64,000 bases of DNA from the human T2T-CHM13v2.0 reference genome, Homo sapiens. The stretch lies in assembly GCF_009914755.1 (NCBI RefSeq), contig NC_060946.1; one strand, given 5' to 3'. The first letter of the stretch is position 1; every line of letters begins with the position of its first letter. The translations under genes were made by a program, and so were the position numbers. The notes under the pieces were generated by a model. The model searched no databases, was not told the DNA's origin, and saw only the letters and a list, made by a program, of their open reading frames with translations. This document shows, piece after piece, positions 37,513-56,861 of the stretch.

Positions 37513-38087
37513 TGACCAGGCTTTCTTAGGTAAACAAAGCAGCCAGGCAGCTGGAACTGGGTGGAGCCCACAACAGCTCCAGGAGGCCTGCCTGCCTCTG
37601 TAGGCTCCACCTCTGGGGGCAGGGCACAGACACACAAAAAGTCAGCAGTAACCTCTGGAGACTTAAATGTCCCTATCTGACAGCTTTGAAGAGAGTAGTG
37701 GTTCTCCCAACACGCAACTGGAGATCTGAGACTGGGCAGACTGCCTCTAAAGTGGGTCACTGAACCCCGAGCAGCCTAACTGGGAGGCACTACCCTGTAG
37801 AGACAGACTGACACCTCACTCGGCTGGGTAGTCCTCTGAGACTAAACTTCCAGAGGAATGATCAGACAGCTGAATTTGTTGTTCACGAAAATCCGCTGTT
37901 CTGCAGCCACTGCTGCTGATACCCAGGCAAATAGGGTCCAGCGTGGACCTCTAGCAAACTCCAACAGACCTGCAGCTGAGGGTCCTGTCTGTTAGAAGGA
38001 AAACTAACAAACAGAAAGGACACCCACACCAAAAACCCATCTGTACATCACCATGATCAAAGACCAAAAGTTGATAAAACCACAAAG

Positions 38088-39104
38088 ATGGGGAGAAAAC
38101 AGAGCAGAAAAACTGGAAACTCTAAAAAGCAGAGTGCCTCTCCTTCTCCAAAGGAACGCAGTTCCTCACCAGCAATGGAACAAAACTGGACAGAGAATAA
38201 CTTTGACGATTTGAGAGAAGGAGGCTTCAAATGATCAAATTACTGCGAGCTACAGGAGGAAATTCAAACCAATAGCAAAGAAGTTAAAAACTTTGAAAAA
38301 CAATTAGACGAATGTATAACTGGAATAACCAATGCAGAGAAACGCTTAAAGGATCTGATGGAGCTGAAAGCCAAGTTTCGAGAACTACGTGAAGAAGGCA
38401 GAAGCCTCAGGAGCCGATGCAATCAACTGGAGGAAAGGGTATCAGTGATGGAAGATGAAATGAATTAAATGAAGGGAGAAGGGAAGTTTAGAGAAAAAAG
38501 AATAAAAAGAAACGAACAAAGCCTCCAAGAAATATGGGACTATGTGAAAAGACGAAACCTACGTCTGATTGGTGTACCTGAAAGTGACGGGGAGAATGGA
38601 ACTAAGTTGGAAAACACTCTACAAGATATTATCCAGGAGGACTTCCCCAATCTAGCAAGGCAGGCCAACATTCAGATTCAGGAAACACAGAGAACACCAC
38701 AAAGATACTCCTCAATAAGAGAAACTCTAAGACACATAATTGTCAAATTCACCAAAGTTGAAATGAAGGAAAAAATTTTAAGGGCAGCCAGAGAGAAAGG
38801 TCGGGTTACCCACAAAGGGAAGCCCATCAGACTAACAGCTGATCTCTCGGCAGAAACTCTTCAAGCCAGAAGAGAGTGGGGGCCAATATTCAACATTCTT
38901 AAAGAAAAGAATTTTCAACCCAGAATTTCATATCTAGCCAAACTAAGCTTCATAAGTGAAGGAGAAATAAAATCCTTTACAGAAAAGCAAATGCTGAGAG
39001 ATTTTATCACCACCAGACCTGCCCTAAAAGAGCTCCTGAAGGAAGCACTAAACATGGAAAAGGACAACTGGTACCAGCCACTGCAAAAACATGCCAAATT
39101 GTAA
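38088..39104 (+). pseudogene. L1 ORF1p, disrupted
   Basis: ATG GGG AGA AAA CAG at 38088. In-frame TGA at 38232 and TAA at ~38466. The C-terminal 211 aa are open (..YQPLQKHAKL). Confidence 0.92.
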
Positions 39105-39167
39105 AGACCATCGAGACTAGGAAGAAACTGCATCAACTAACAAGCAAAATAACCAGCTAACATCATA

Positions 39168-42986
<3,819 letters not shown>

Positions 42987-43221
42987 ACAATGAGAACACA
43001 TGGACACAGGAAGGGGAACATCACACACCAGGGACTGTTGTGGGGTGGGGGGAGTGGGGAGGGATAGCATTAGAAGATATACCTAATGCTAAATGACGAG
43101 TTAATGGGTGCAGCACACCAACGTGGCACATGAACACTTATGTTACAAACCTGCACATTGTGCACATGTATCCTAAAACTTAAGGTATAATAATAAAATA
43201 AAATAGAATAAAATAACAAAA

Positions 43222-43800
43222 TATACACTAATACAGATCAACTAAAAAAAATTGTAGAGTAAGGTCATTTAAAAAATATGAAGGATAGAGTAATAATCTA
43301 ACACGTTGAAATCTAAGAAGGGGAAAACAGCTTGTCTGAACAGCATTTTAAGTGACAATGTTAGAGGTGTTATCAAAATTGACCAATAATATTAAACCAC
43401 AGGTTCAGGAGGCTTTTCAAAGCAAAGGAAAACACACACAGAGGACACATCTAGAAACATAATGGGACAATTTCTGAAAAGTAAAAGAAAAATGTAAAGA
43501 GCACTTGATAAAAAAATTGGGGTAACTACAAAGAGAAAGAGTTGACTGATAACAACTTTCTCAAATGAAACAATGAAAGCCAACAAGTGAGGTATTGATA
43601 TCTTTCAAGTCCTGAAATAAAATAAGTGCCATCCTAGAACTGTCTACTTGGTGGACATATCCATCAAAAGCAAAGATACAATAAAGAATTTCTCCCAAGC
43701 AGACCCAAAGGAAAAGAAATACTAAAGATTATTCTTCAGGTAGAAGAGCCATGATCCCTGATGAAAGTTTGCAGTTAGAAGAACAACTTTTTTAATGAAA
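43222..43800 (+). mobile_element. Ancient L1M ORF1-region remnant
   Basis: A-rich strand with degraded ORF1-like motifs (CACATCTAGAAACATAAT, CTTTCTCAAATGAAACAATGAAAGCC). Confidence 0.5.
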
Positions 43801-45519
43801 GAAATAAACATAGAGAGAAATTTAATTGGATATCGAATGTATAACAGGATACTATCTCATAAAGTTTAAAATGTATCTTCCATACAACGGCAGAAGCATA
43901 TAAGTTGTGAGTTGGATAAATTAATTTTAAAATATTGTCAAGTTTTTTTTTTTTTTTTTTGCAAATAGACAAATGTACCAATTATATTAGACCCTGAATT
44001 CAAGAATGCACGTTGTATTAAACCAGGTAAAACATAACCAGACCAGATTTAGTAAATGGACTCTCTTAAAGTTTTTATAATTTATATTCATATTTCACAT
44101 ATGTTGAAAGTAAATAATGGAAAAGCATGCAATGCAAATATTAACCAAAATATAGCTTTAGTTGTACTTATATTCACTTTTTAAAAGTTGGACACAGTTA
44201 AGTCTCAGTGATTTTTTTACACAACGGAGGCAACCTGTGCAGTTATAACTAGTATTATATTATGCTCTTGGTCTGATTACAGAAGGGAAAGGGGCGATCA
44301 TACCAGACAATGGCAGAATGAAGCAACAAGGAGTAGAGTTACAGAATATGATGCTGTAACTGGAACTGGAGTTACTCTTTTAGAGTTAAAGAATAGTAAA
44401 CTGAACAAAATATATGAAACATTGTTTTGAAGTACTGAACATCAGACAGCACAGGACTGTGCTCTGCAAGAGAAGAGAAGGAGCAAGAATGAGTCCTGCT
44501 TTATTCCCAGATTCTCCGTGACAGCAGTAGAGAGGAATCCCAGAGAGAGCAGACATTGTCATTGCACTGAGGAACCAGATAAAAATCAAAAAAGGTTAAG
44601 CAGCTGGAATGTGTAGTAGAAGAGAACCTTTACAGAAAAAGGAACCAAGAATCAGCCTAAGGATTCTCCCAAGTCCCTAAGCCAAATGTACATAGGATGA
44701 AATTCTAAGGAGCTCAGCAAAGGACACTACTAGGGAGTTGGAATAACACTTCCCTGGCATCACATGACAGGAAGACACGTTAGCTCTGACCAGCCAGAGA
44801 AGGGAATCCCCTCTGTACCTCCAGGATGTTCAGTAAAGACCACTGGAGGTTCATACCCTAGTGACAGTGCTTATTTAGCTCCAAGTTACAGATGGCTCTA
44901 GACTAACTCCACAAAGTTTAAAGAGAAGATTTAAAACAACAACAGACAAATACTCATCCTGAAGTTACTGAACTGCCTGCCACAACATTGTTCAAAGGTA
45001 GCCAATAAAATCTAGATATTCAATAGCATAACATCAAAATACCCCCCCAAAAAAACTCTGACATGCAAAGAAGCCGTAAGATATATATAATTAAGATATA
45101 TATTAACAGGATAAAAATAAGTCATTTATAAATGACAGAAAAGAAGGAAATTTCAAGGTCCTTAAAGTAAATATATTTTATAAATACATATAGATAAATA
45201 CATATATACGTCAAGGTACTTAAATGAAAATTGAACATAGGAGAAAAATATAAGTTATAAAATGAAAAATGTGACATGTATAGATGAAAAATAAATATTT
45301 GAAATAAAAATTCCATGAGATAGAATAAGTAATGGATTTTACCCTAACATCAGAAAATTTATAGAAAAAAAATAGAAGCTTTGCAAACTAAAGGACAAAG
45401 GGTAAACTAAAATAAGAAAGCCAGAAACTCACTGATACGTCAGACAATATGCAGCAGTGTAACATACATGTAATTAACATCTCAAAAAGGATGGGTGGGG
45501 GAATTATAGGTGAATAAAG

Positions 45520-45702
45520 AATGGTACACTCATTCCTGAGGGCACCGAGGAGGGAGGATAGCTTTAGATTTCTAAGGGAGGGTATTATCCATTCATGAAG
45601 GTCCGACCCCATGACCAAACACCTCCCAGTAAGCCCCACCTGCAACATTGGTGATCAAATTTTAACATGAGATTGGAAGGGGCAAGCATTCAAACCATAG
45701 CA
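45520..45702 (-). mobile_element. MST (MaLR) LTR fragment
   Basis: CCATTCATGAAGG..CCCCATGACCAAACACCTCCC..AACATGAGATTGGAAGGGG..CAAACCATAGCA. Confidence 0.75.
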
Positions 45703-47064
45703 AGAGTTAAATTTCCTTTTTAAAAAAATGACTGATATGATTCCATTTCGCCTTAGATAAAAGCTAGTATTTCAGCCTACCATTGAGTGTGCTTATAGCT
45801 CACCAAAAGGGCACTCTGTCTCGGGAATACAGATTTGCCTAGACATATCCTATTGCAGTCAAAGAAAGAGTAACGAGGGATAGAAAAGGTTAGTGATGGA
45901 GACACCAGCGCTGCATTTTGCAACAAACAATGTAAAAACTTTACGGATTGGTTCTGCTAACTTACTACAGTTTACATTCCTCTCAGGTGGGAGAATTGTT
46001 GCGTTTTTTCTTAAGAAAGAAAAGCAATTCAGATAATCTGAAATCTCCACAAGAAGGATAAGAAGCACAGCAGAAACTGTTCTAGGCAGGAAGTCAATCC
46101 TTTCAACTGTCTGTGCTCCATATAAAGAATTGTCTGCACTGGGAGTCATATGAGGTACAGACAACAGCCAGACCTCTGATCCTCTCATTATTGATTTCAG
46201 AAGAAATTACCAGTCAACTGAGTAATTCACTGAGTCAAGTAAACATTTGGCACTGAAAGAGGTTAGACGGATAACTATTTGTATCACCATATTCATGAAG
46301 CTTGAATATTTTCCATTACTCGTATCACATCCGAATGGAAGATGTTAAAAGGTCTCTCATCTTGTAAGATGGATATGAAAGAACATTTTCTGAGAAATGA
46401 AATTATTAACACACCTGCGAGGTGGAAGGAAGAGAAAAAAAAGAATAATCAGCTTGAGTTCTTCTCCTTGATAAGACAACTCACTAAAAACATAAAGAGA
46501 AAAATACAAGTTTAAAATAATTAACCAGAAGAAGACGACTCTAGAGTTTTCAAATTGCTGATGCGATTTTAATTTGCTCCAAGTTGAAAATAATTATATT
46601 GCTTGTGTTTTAAGGCCCATAATGAGCAATTATATCACACATGATAGTTTCAGCAGTAAAATATTATCTGTTAACAGCTGGAACTCATAAAAGCATAGCA
46701 CAATGTGAAGATGGATTTTGCTAAAATAAACCATCCGCTGAAAACTACTATTCTGCAAATTTAAAAATAAAGTTTAAATGTTATTTGTATTATTTAATAT
46801 GCCTGTGAAAAAAATGCGCTATTTGAAAACTAGCTGCTACCTTAATTAATTCTTTATATTAGACGGCTGGTTACAGTAATGCACGGTAAGGTGCTACATA
46901 GATATATTGCTAAATTTTCTGCATACACTATGTATTTGGCTTAAATTATTTGAAATTTTATAGTTAAAATAACAAATGTATATTTAAATGTTTTGACACA
47001 AATTGCAAATATACCTTTAAAAAGCGTCTTACACTCTAAATATTATTTGTCACCTATATATTTG

Positions 47065-47998
<934 letters not shown>

Positions 47999-48969
47999 CT
48001 CCATATGTACAATATTATTGTGATTTTTAAACTTTTCTGTGGATAAAACACAGGTGTGATTTCTAGTGTAGCTGAACATCGTTTATTTGACAATATTGCA
48101 CTTGTGTGTGGGTGTGTGCGTGTGTAGCTACTCTTTAATTTTGTTCTCACATGATTAGATATTAACAATTCAGTAAAATGTATGTTTTGCAATATTTCTC
48201 CATGTTATTATGCTTTAAATTAGTTTGATCATGCCCCTATAATGTGTACATTTTAACCTTTGACTATTGGTCTCAATCTTACTTTGGTTCCTGTATTTGA
48301 ATTTACGCTAATAAAGTCCTACAGCTAAAATAGATTATATAAACTTATCTACATTTTTACTAGTATTCTGGTGTCATTTTAAATTATGTAATGAAATCAA
48401 ATTTTAATTTGGATTATTGTTATCTGAGTTAAGGATCTAAATTTGTAATTTTCTTATAAATATTACATAATTATTTTGGAACCATATATTGACTAATCTG
48501 CCCTTTATATGATGTGCATTATAAGAGCTTGGGATTGTTTCATTTGCAAAGATGAATGCTTGAGAAGTAGATATTTAACCATAACATTTCAAAATCTACT
48601 GGATAACCTAGAATTGAAAAATAGCCTATAGGTTGAAAAACTCCTGTAGTGAAGAAAGAAAATAAGTAATATACAGTGACAATATAAATATTATAAGTAT
48701 TTATTTTATTATCGCCCTGAAATTTGATAATGCAAACATGTAATATCTACATATCATCCATATATCAGGTCATAAAAAATCAATACATTCTTCAAAAATT
48801 TAGCATAACGGAAAATGCACTCTCTCTCCTTGATGGAATTAAGTTACAAATAAAAGTAAAAATAAGTAGATAAGTAGATGGAAGTAGATGTTTAAAAACA
48901 AAGAAAACTATTTGTTTTGGATAACATAAAATCTCAATTGACAATTCCAATGTTTCCAGAACTTTGCCT

Positions 48970-49156
48970 GTCAACTGGTGGAGAGTTTTCCCCAGGAGAC
49001 ATTTGTCAATGTCTAGGGTTATTGTGGGGATGTCGAGACTGGTGGAGGTGTGAAATTTAGAGGTCAAACGAAACACCTAGCATTGCTAGGGCAGCCTCCC
49101 ACAACAAAGAATCCTCTGGTCCTAAAGGTAAGTAGCACCAAGGTTGAGAAACCATA
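48970..49156. mobile_element. MER20 DNA transposon
   Basis: CCCCAGGAGACATTTGTCAATGTCTAG...CCCACAACAAAGAATC...CCAAGGTTGAGAAACC. Confidence 0.75.
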
Positions 49157-49274
49157 ATCTAGACAGTAAACACTACGTAGCTATTCCAAGTGCTCAGGAA
49201 AACACATCAGTGCCCTCGAGGGGAAAAGTGTAAACATTTTAATTGCTGTACATGGTGACACAAATCCATGTTGT

Positions 49275-49723
49275 TAATCTAAGTGGAAGGGGCTGAAGCA
49301 CAAAACGTAATTCAAAGAGTTTACTTGAACCACAATGAGGACAGCTGCCTGGAAGAAACAGACCCAAGTATCCTTGGATATGAACTCCCTTTGGAGCTTT
49401 GCAACAAGCAGTTTTCTAAAGGGATAAAAGGGTCCAGAAGTGGGATGATGCAAAGAGGTTTGTCACAAATTCTCATTGGCTTATGGAAATAACATTTATT
49501 AGTGACTGGCTATACACTGTTACACTATTATTGGGTGTGGATTATAGTGTCTGGTGTGGCGTTATTGGTTAATTTATAGCTACTGTGGCAACAGCGGCAG
49601 CTTAGATGAACACACAGCTCAAAGAGGAGCAGGACAGAACTGCTGTCTCATTTGAATATCTCTCTGGGCCTGATTATTTAAAAGGACTTGCATTTCACAC
49701 ATGAAAGTTATTTTCTTTTCTCA
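49275..49723 (-). mobile_element. MER4-group ERV1 solo LTR (MER65/MER83-like)
   Basis: Reverse complement begins TGAGAAAAGAAAATAACTTTC..AATAATCAGGCCCAGAGAG. Subfamily is uncertain. Confidence 0.55.
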
Positions 49724-49880
49724 ATGTCCATAAATGAGAATAAATAGACATAAATAGATCTTTTCGAGGATGAAGTAAATGGAATGAAAAACAAAACCCA
49801 AGCTGACCAGAAATCATAGAGGGAAGAAAAGGTTATAAATATATGGATTTTTCAAAGTGATTTTAAGCTATTAGGAATCA

Positions 49881-50451
49881 GTTAAATGTTGGGGGATTTT
49901 GTCTGAGTATGGGCTAAAGAAGAATATCCCTTTTGCCTTCTGAAGTTTCCCTGAAAATCACTAATAGGAGGCAGATAAATAGTAGAAAAGGCATACAGGT
50001 TTCTGCAATGTGTGTACACTGGAGCCCTTAGAACTAAGACCCAGACACACGATGCGTGCAGAAGCTTATCTACCACATGAAGTTTACAGAAAGAATGGGG
50101 TCTTGGATCACAGGGAAAAAAAAAAAGGTTATGTGGGAAAACGAACCTGGCTAGCAACAGTGGACTTATTACATAGGTGGAACCTCACTGGGAGCAGTCC
50201 TCAGAGAGAATAGACAGAAAATGTTTCTTTCAGACCTTTGGAGACCTCAGACTCTCAGTTAACCTTTCCTAGATCCAGACAAGGGGGCAGACCTCAGAGA
50301 AAGCCTGGCTGCATCAAGGCTGATTCTCTAAAGATGCAAATCTCCCCAAGACAGCTTTGCAGCTAAGTTTGCATTTCCAGCCCTTCTCAATAGCCATTTT
50401 GAAATATATCAAGGAAATATATTTAGGGGTAAAATATATTAGTTTCCTTCA
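49881..50451 (-). mobile_element. MER39-like solo LTR
   Basis: Reverse complement begins TGAAGGAAACTAATATATTTTACCCCTAAATATATTTCCTTGATATATTTCAAAATGGCT. Confidence 0.75.
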
Positions 50452-52369
50452 TATAGCTATAAAACATACAGGAATAATTTTTGTCAATGTCTACTACAAA
50501 TCCAATATAGCTGTAATTATAAAACCCACCAGATATTGAAGAAAAAATATGTAGAGTACATCACTTACAAATGTTGATACTAAAATGCCAAATAAAATAA
50601 AAATAATATCCAACAATATTTGAAACAGTAAGACAAGAAATTGGCAAAAAAAATCCACCTCGGGGATGAAAGTGCGTTTCCAAATTTGGTAATCCAATAA
50701 TATTAATAATCATATTGATTAGCCCAAATTAAAAATAAATAGGGGATTCTCATTACATTCTAAAATATATTTGTTAAAAGGCAATATTCATGTCTTTAAA
50801 GATTTTAAATGCTATAAAGAGTCTGATATTCTATATGCAAACGTGTATGTCCATTAGAAGAAGAAAGGCCTGATTTTCATGTGTTACTACATAGAGATAG
50901 AGAAGTGGATAGATTAACTTGCATATGCATAGAGAAAGCATAAAATAGAAATTTACTATCATATTAAAGGAATTTAAATTCAACAATAAAATAATTCAAA
51001 GGTAAGATTTTAAATATTTTTAACAGGTACATTATTAATATTAGATAATATTTATAATAATTGTGAAAATATTCAATGCTAAAATAAGATAGAATGTCTA
51101 AACATCAGTATTAAAACTAGTATAAATATTTGCTTGTTTATACAAGGAAAATTCAAGCTCGACCTAAAATTATATAGGAAATAAAAGAAAAATTTTAAGG
51201 GAGCTCTTTAATAACATAAACATATATATATACACACCCACATATAACATGTATATATGTTATATGGGATAGATATAGATTTAACATGTTATATCTATAT
51301 TTGTATCTATAACTACAGCTGTATGTATCTACATTTCTATATATTTACTCAGTGATATAAATATAGACTGGAATAAATATAAAGGCACATATGATTCTTG
51401 GATAAAAAGGATTTAGTATCATAAAAACAAATTCTTTCCAAATTCACCTATGAATTCACAACAATATACAGTTTCATTAGTATAATTTAAAATTTTTAAA
51501 TAAATTCCAAGATTCATTTAAAGGAATATACATATATACAAGCAGTCAAGAAAGAAGCAAGAATGCACTAAACTAACTTGCTATTGAAATACATTTTTAA
51601 ACTTAGTAACTAAAACTGAGCAGTACTGATTTGGAGTAGTGGAACTTAGGTATATGGGATCTCAAAAGCACAGAGCTCAAAGGAGACCCCTGTATGCACG
51701 AGAGCTTAGGATGTGCTTTAGAAGGCATTACCAAACCACGGGCAAAGTTACTTTAGTGTCTTAGTCTTACTAGGTTTGAAAAGCCAGAGAAAAGACTCAA
51801 GGCCACCATATAAGAGCAAAACAAAAGGACAGGGAGAAAATGTGAAGACATTGAAACATTTTACATAAAGTTGTATAAAACATCCTTTAAAAAAATGTAA
51901 AGTTTAGGATATACATCAAAATCAGCAGAGCCACTGAATAAATAATTAGGCATTGTAAAATAGCAAGAGAAAATTTAAATGGAATTCTAAAAAATATTGA
52001 CACCCATGATTTTTAAAATATGTTTAAGAAATCCCATATTTCACAGGGCAGCCTTTCCCAACACAAATATGTTAGGACATAAAGGTCCTTCTGTTTTTAA
52101 TTTACTAGTGTTTATAGGGTTACAAATGTCTTCTACCCTTGTCTTTTGTCTGAAGGTGCAAAAAATTTCCATAAGCATGTATTTCTGAATGCCTGATGGA
52201 TTGACATATATAATATGCTGCTAGTATTAAAATATGTGATGGAAAACACATCCAATCTTCTCACTGTTTGCATAAATTCTAGGTTTCTCCTATTTACCTC
52301 AAGCACGTATGGAGCCAATTCTTACCTTTTAATATTGCCATGGCATTCACATTGAACGTAAGTCAAACT

Positions 52370-53286
52370 CTCTCATATGGTAGCTGGGTTCAGATTGCCT
52401 TGACAATTTCCAGTTCTAACCCTCACAGTTTCTCAGTATGGCTGGCCCAGAAATTCACCCTACACAGTTGCCTCTTCCTGGTGAATACCCGCTACAGAAC
52501 TGTTGGATACAACCTACCTGACTCACCCCACAGACCTCACAGCCCACATGGACAGCCCCCACACGCCAGAGTGACCTGCTCAGTTGCAGCGGGAGCCAAG
52601 AAATGTGCCTGCTGGCACTCACTCCACCGACTAGAGCCCCATGGGAAACTTATTTGGGTAATGATCTGGTCCCAATAAAGGCTGGAGTCCCACAGACCCC
52701 TTTTCTCTCTCCTGCTCCCCACTCATTTTCCCCATTTTGTTCAGCCCTATGAGGTATGCTACTGTATTAGTCCATTTTCACACCACTGGTAAAGACATGC
52801 CCAAGACTGGGTAATTTCCAGAAGAAAGAAGTTTAACAGATGCACAGTTCTACATGGCTGGGTAGGCCTCACAATCATGGCGCAAGGTGAAAGGCATGTC
52901 TCACATGGCAGCAGACAAGACAAGAGAGCTTGTGCAGGGAAACTCCCCTTTATAAAACCAACAGATCTTGTGAGACTTATTCACTATCAGAAGAACAGCA
53001 TGGGAAAGACCTGCCCCCATGATTCAATTACCTCCCACCTGTTCCCTCCCACAACATGTGGGAATTCAAGATGAGATTTGGCTGGGGACACAGCTAAACC
53101 CTCTTCTCAGCTACCCTCTTCTCTCTGGATCTGTGAGTAATAAACCTACTTCTGTGATTTCCCATGTTTGATCCTGTGGCCTCCATGTGTCTGAGCTGAG
53201 CTACACTGGAACCTAACTCTCCTCCTGGCCAGGGTCTCTGAGAGTGGCTCTTGTCAGAAATACAGAGGACACAGGTCAGGCAACAG
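52370..53286 (+). mobile_element. ERVL LTR (MER54/MER73/MER74-like), split by a THE1 insertion
   Basis: LTR-like sequence (GGATACAACCTACCTGAC, CCAATAAAGGC, GTGAGTAATAAAC) resumes after the THE1 TSD. Confidence 0.55.
52763..53109 (-). mobile_element. THE1 (THE1B-like) solo LTR with 5-bp TSD GCTAC
   Basis: TGTATTAGTCCATTTTCAC...GGGGACACAGCTAAACC. GCTAC at 52758-52762 and 53110-53114. Confidence 0.92.
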
Positions 53287-54678
53287 TCACCAGGCATCTC
53301 CTAGTCTCAACAGATGTTCTGTGAGAGGGAGGCCTGGTCGTGGGATGCACACCTGGCCACTGCTGGGGTAAGGAAGTGTCCTGTGAAAGGCACATGTTAA
53401 GCATCCACAACCCCCTGCCCAGAACCCCAGAAAGGCAGGGCTCCAAGTGACAGTCACTCTCCAGAGACAAACCTCAAGCCCTAACTGGAGGAAAAGAAAA
53501 CAATGTAAAAAGTTGAATTTATCTCACTATTTCAATTATCCAGTAAAGACATTCTATGCCTGTACACCACATATTTTCCTTGATTGTGGATATCTTTTAG
53601 ATAGAATTTTATGTCTGGTTTTCACTTTAGCCTGGTCCTTATCTCAAGCATAAGGTAAAGATTTTCCATGGGTTCTTTTCTGGTACTACTACCTGCCAGT
53701 GTGGGGTCATGTCCTAGTCTATCTTGAGGGAACCCCCCTATTCATTATTGTCAGAGTGAGACTGTTAAGTCTTGATTTCCCTGGACAACTTCACTGCATG
53801 ACTTTTAATATGATTTTTTAATGTACCCTTTACTGGAAAATAAATTATATAGTTATCTGAGTAAGAGATATAGTCAGGAAGAGGCATTGCCTCATTCAGC
53901 TTTTCTCTTTGGTGAACTTGCATATGTTCTCCTCACCCGCCAGTCACCTCTAAACCATATTGTTCCAAGACAACAAACAGGACTCGAGTGTGTATCTTTC
54001 ACCACTGGATTTGTCTTTGCTCCATAAAGCTTCATGCTTAGTAGGGTTTCTGTTAGCATTTTCTCTATTTATTTTCCCATAAAATATCACAGGCCTTCTT
54101 CATATGGAATTATGGGTGATTTCCTTCAATCTGCATCGTATCAAGTTGAGGTTCACGTTGATGGAAAGTAAAACATACTTTTAAAATATCAGTAGTGTTT
54201 TCCCCTTCTTTTCAGCACATGTGCTTGTGATACAAGCACATTTCAATACAATTCCAGTCTCATGCTTTGATCATTCCTAAGATGAAAATAACATTTTTAG
54301 ATAAATTATCTGAGTTTTATGAGGCCTTTAGTATATGATGTGATAGAATATGAGAAGACCATACTTTTTTCTAGTTTTCCGTGCAATTCTATCATTGTTT
54401 CATCTTTACTCCTACCAGAGTAATTTTCCAAAATAGATATCTTGTCATTCTTCCTGTTGTTATCAGTAAATAAGTGAAACCAAAAGCTAGATTATATAAT
54501 TTATCTAGAATAAGAAAGTAGAATTGAATCTATATTCATTAATGAGACTAACCAGTCAATTACACAGATAGGCATTTTACATTTTGAAGATCATATGGAA
54601 TCATTGTCAGATATATTATTATTTATGTCTGTATGGACATCACCTGTGCATATTTATGTAGAAATCAATGAGAGTTGA

Positions 54679-54988
<310 letters not shown>

Positions 54989-55964
54989 GGAAGCTGATTT
55001 TTAAAATACTGAGACCATATAGATGACAGCACCTGAAAAATAGACAACACCAAGCTTTATGTTAAAAGGTGTGAGGGTATCAATGTTGTTGTGGCTATTG
55101 GGGAGGAAAACATTAGTAAAACCAGTGAGTTAAAGCTGTTGCTTTAAACTTTGGCTTTAATTTAACAAATGTTCTCTGGGGTGACAGTATGTATGTAACC
55201 ATGCTATGCCCATTCACAGATGCAGTAGAGGGAAGAATTTCTCAAAGACAACTGTTCTAAGATTGAAATTAAACAGTACTGGGCTTAAAAAGAGAAAGTC
55301 TAGGAATTACCAAACATTTTAGATATCAGATTAAAGAGATTGCGAGGTATGCGATGATAATCAGCAATGGTTGCTCACACAATACATCAAATCAGTATTT
55401 GAATTAGCTTTTCAATTACAAGGACAAATGGATCAAGTCTTGACTCTTTAGTAGATAAATCTTATTAGGCTGAGATGTGTTTTTGCCTGTTTTTCCACAA
55501 GGAGATTACAAATTTGCAAACCTCAGCTGCTCTCATTTTATGCTCTCAGCAAGCCAAAAGCTGAAGTTCATCAATCAATGTGTCTAAGTGTCCACTAGTT
55601 ATATACCATTTTGTAGTTTCAGCTATCTTTCCAACTTCCTAAATCATCACCTTCATTTGATCTTGTTTTTTCCACTATCACTTCTTTATTGACCATATAA
55701 AGAATATAAATAAGTTCTTATTTTGGTGTTTATTTTAGTCTAATTTCATCAAAGTATCATAATTTTTTATTTCATTTTAATTTCAAAGATTAAATGAAAC
55801 CTACATAGAAATGAGTGTAAGATTTGCATTTGCATTATTTTGGCATCAATTTGCTATCCTTCCTCATACACATAGAGAACATTTCCATGTACATGATTTC
55901 AAACATCCAAGTGCAGTATTAAAAGCAGTTGTAAATTATGGTTCTGATTTTCATGATACAATTA

Positions 55965-56770
<806 letters not shown>

Positions 56771-56861
56771 GCAGACTTAATCTATTTACCTGCAGATTAA
56801 AGTATTCTTTATTTTTCTGCCTCCCTCTCTTAATTTTTTTTAAATAATGTGAATTGTAGTA

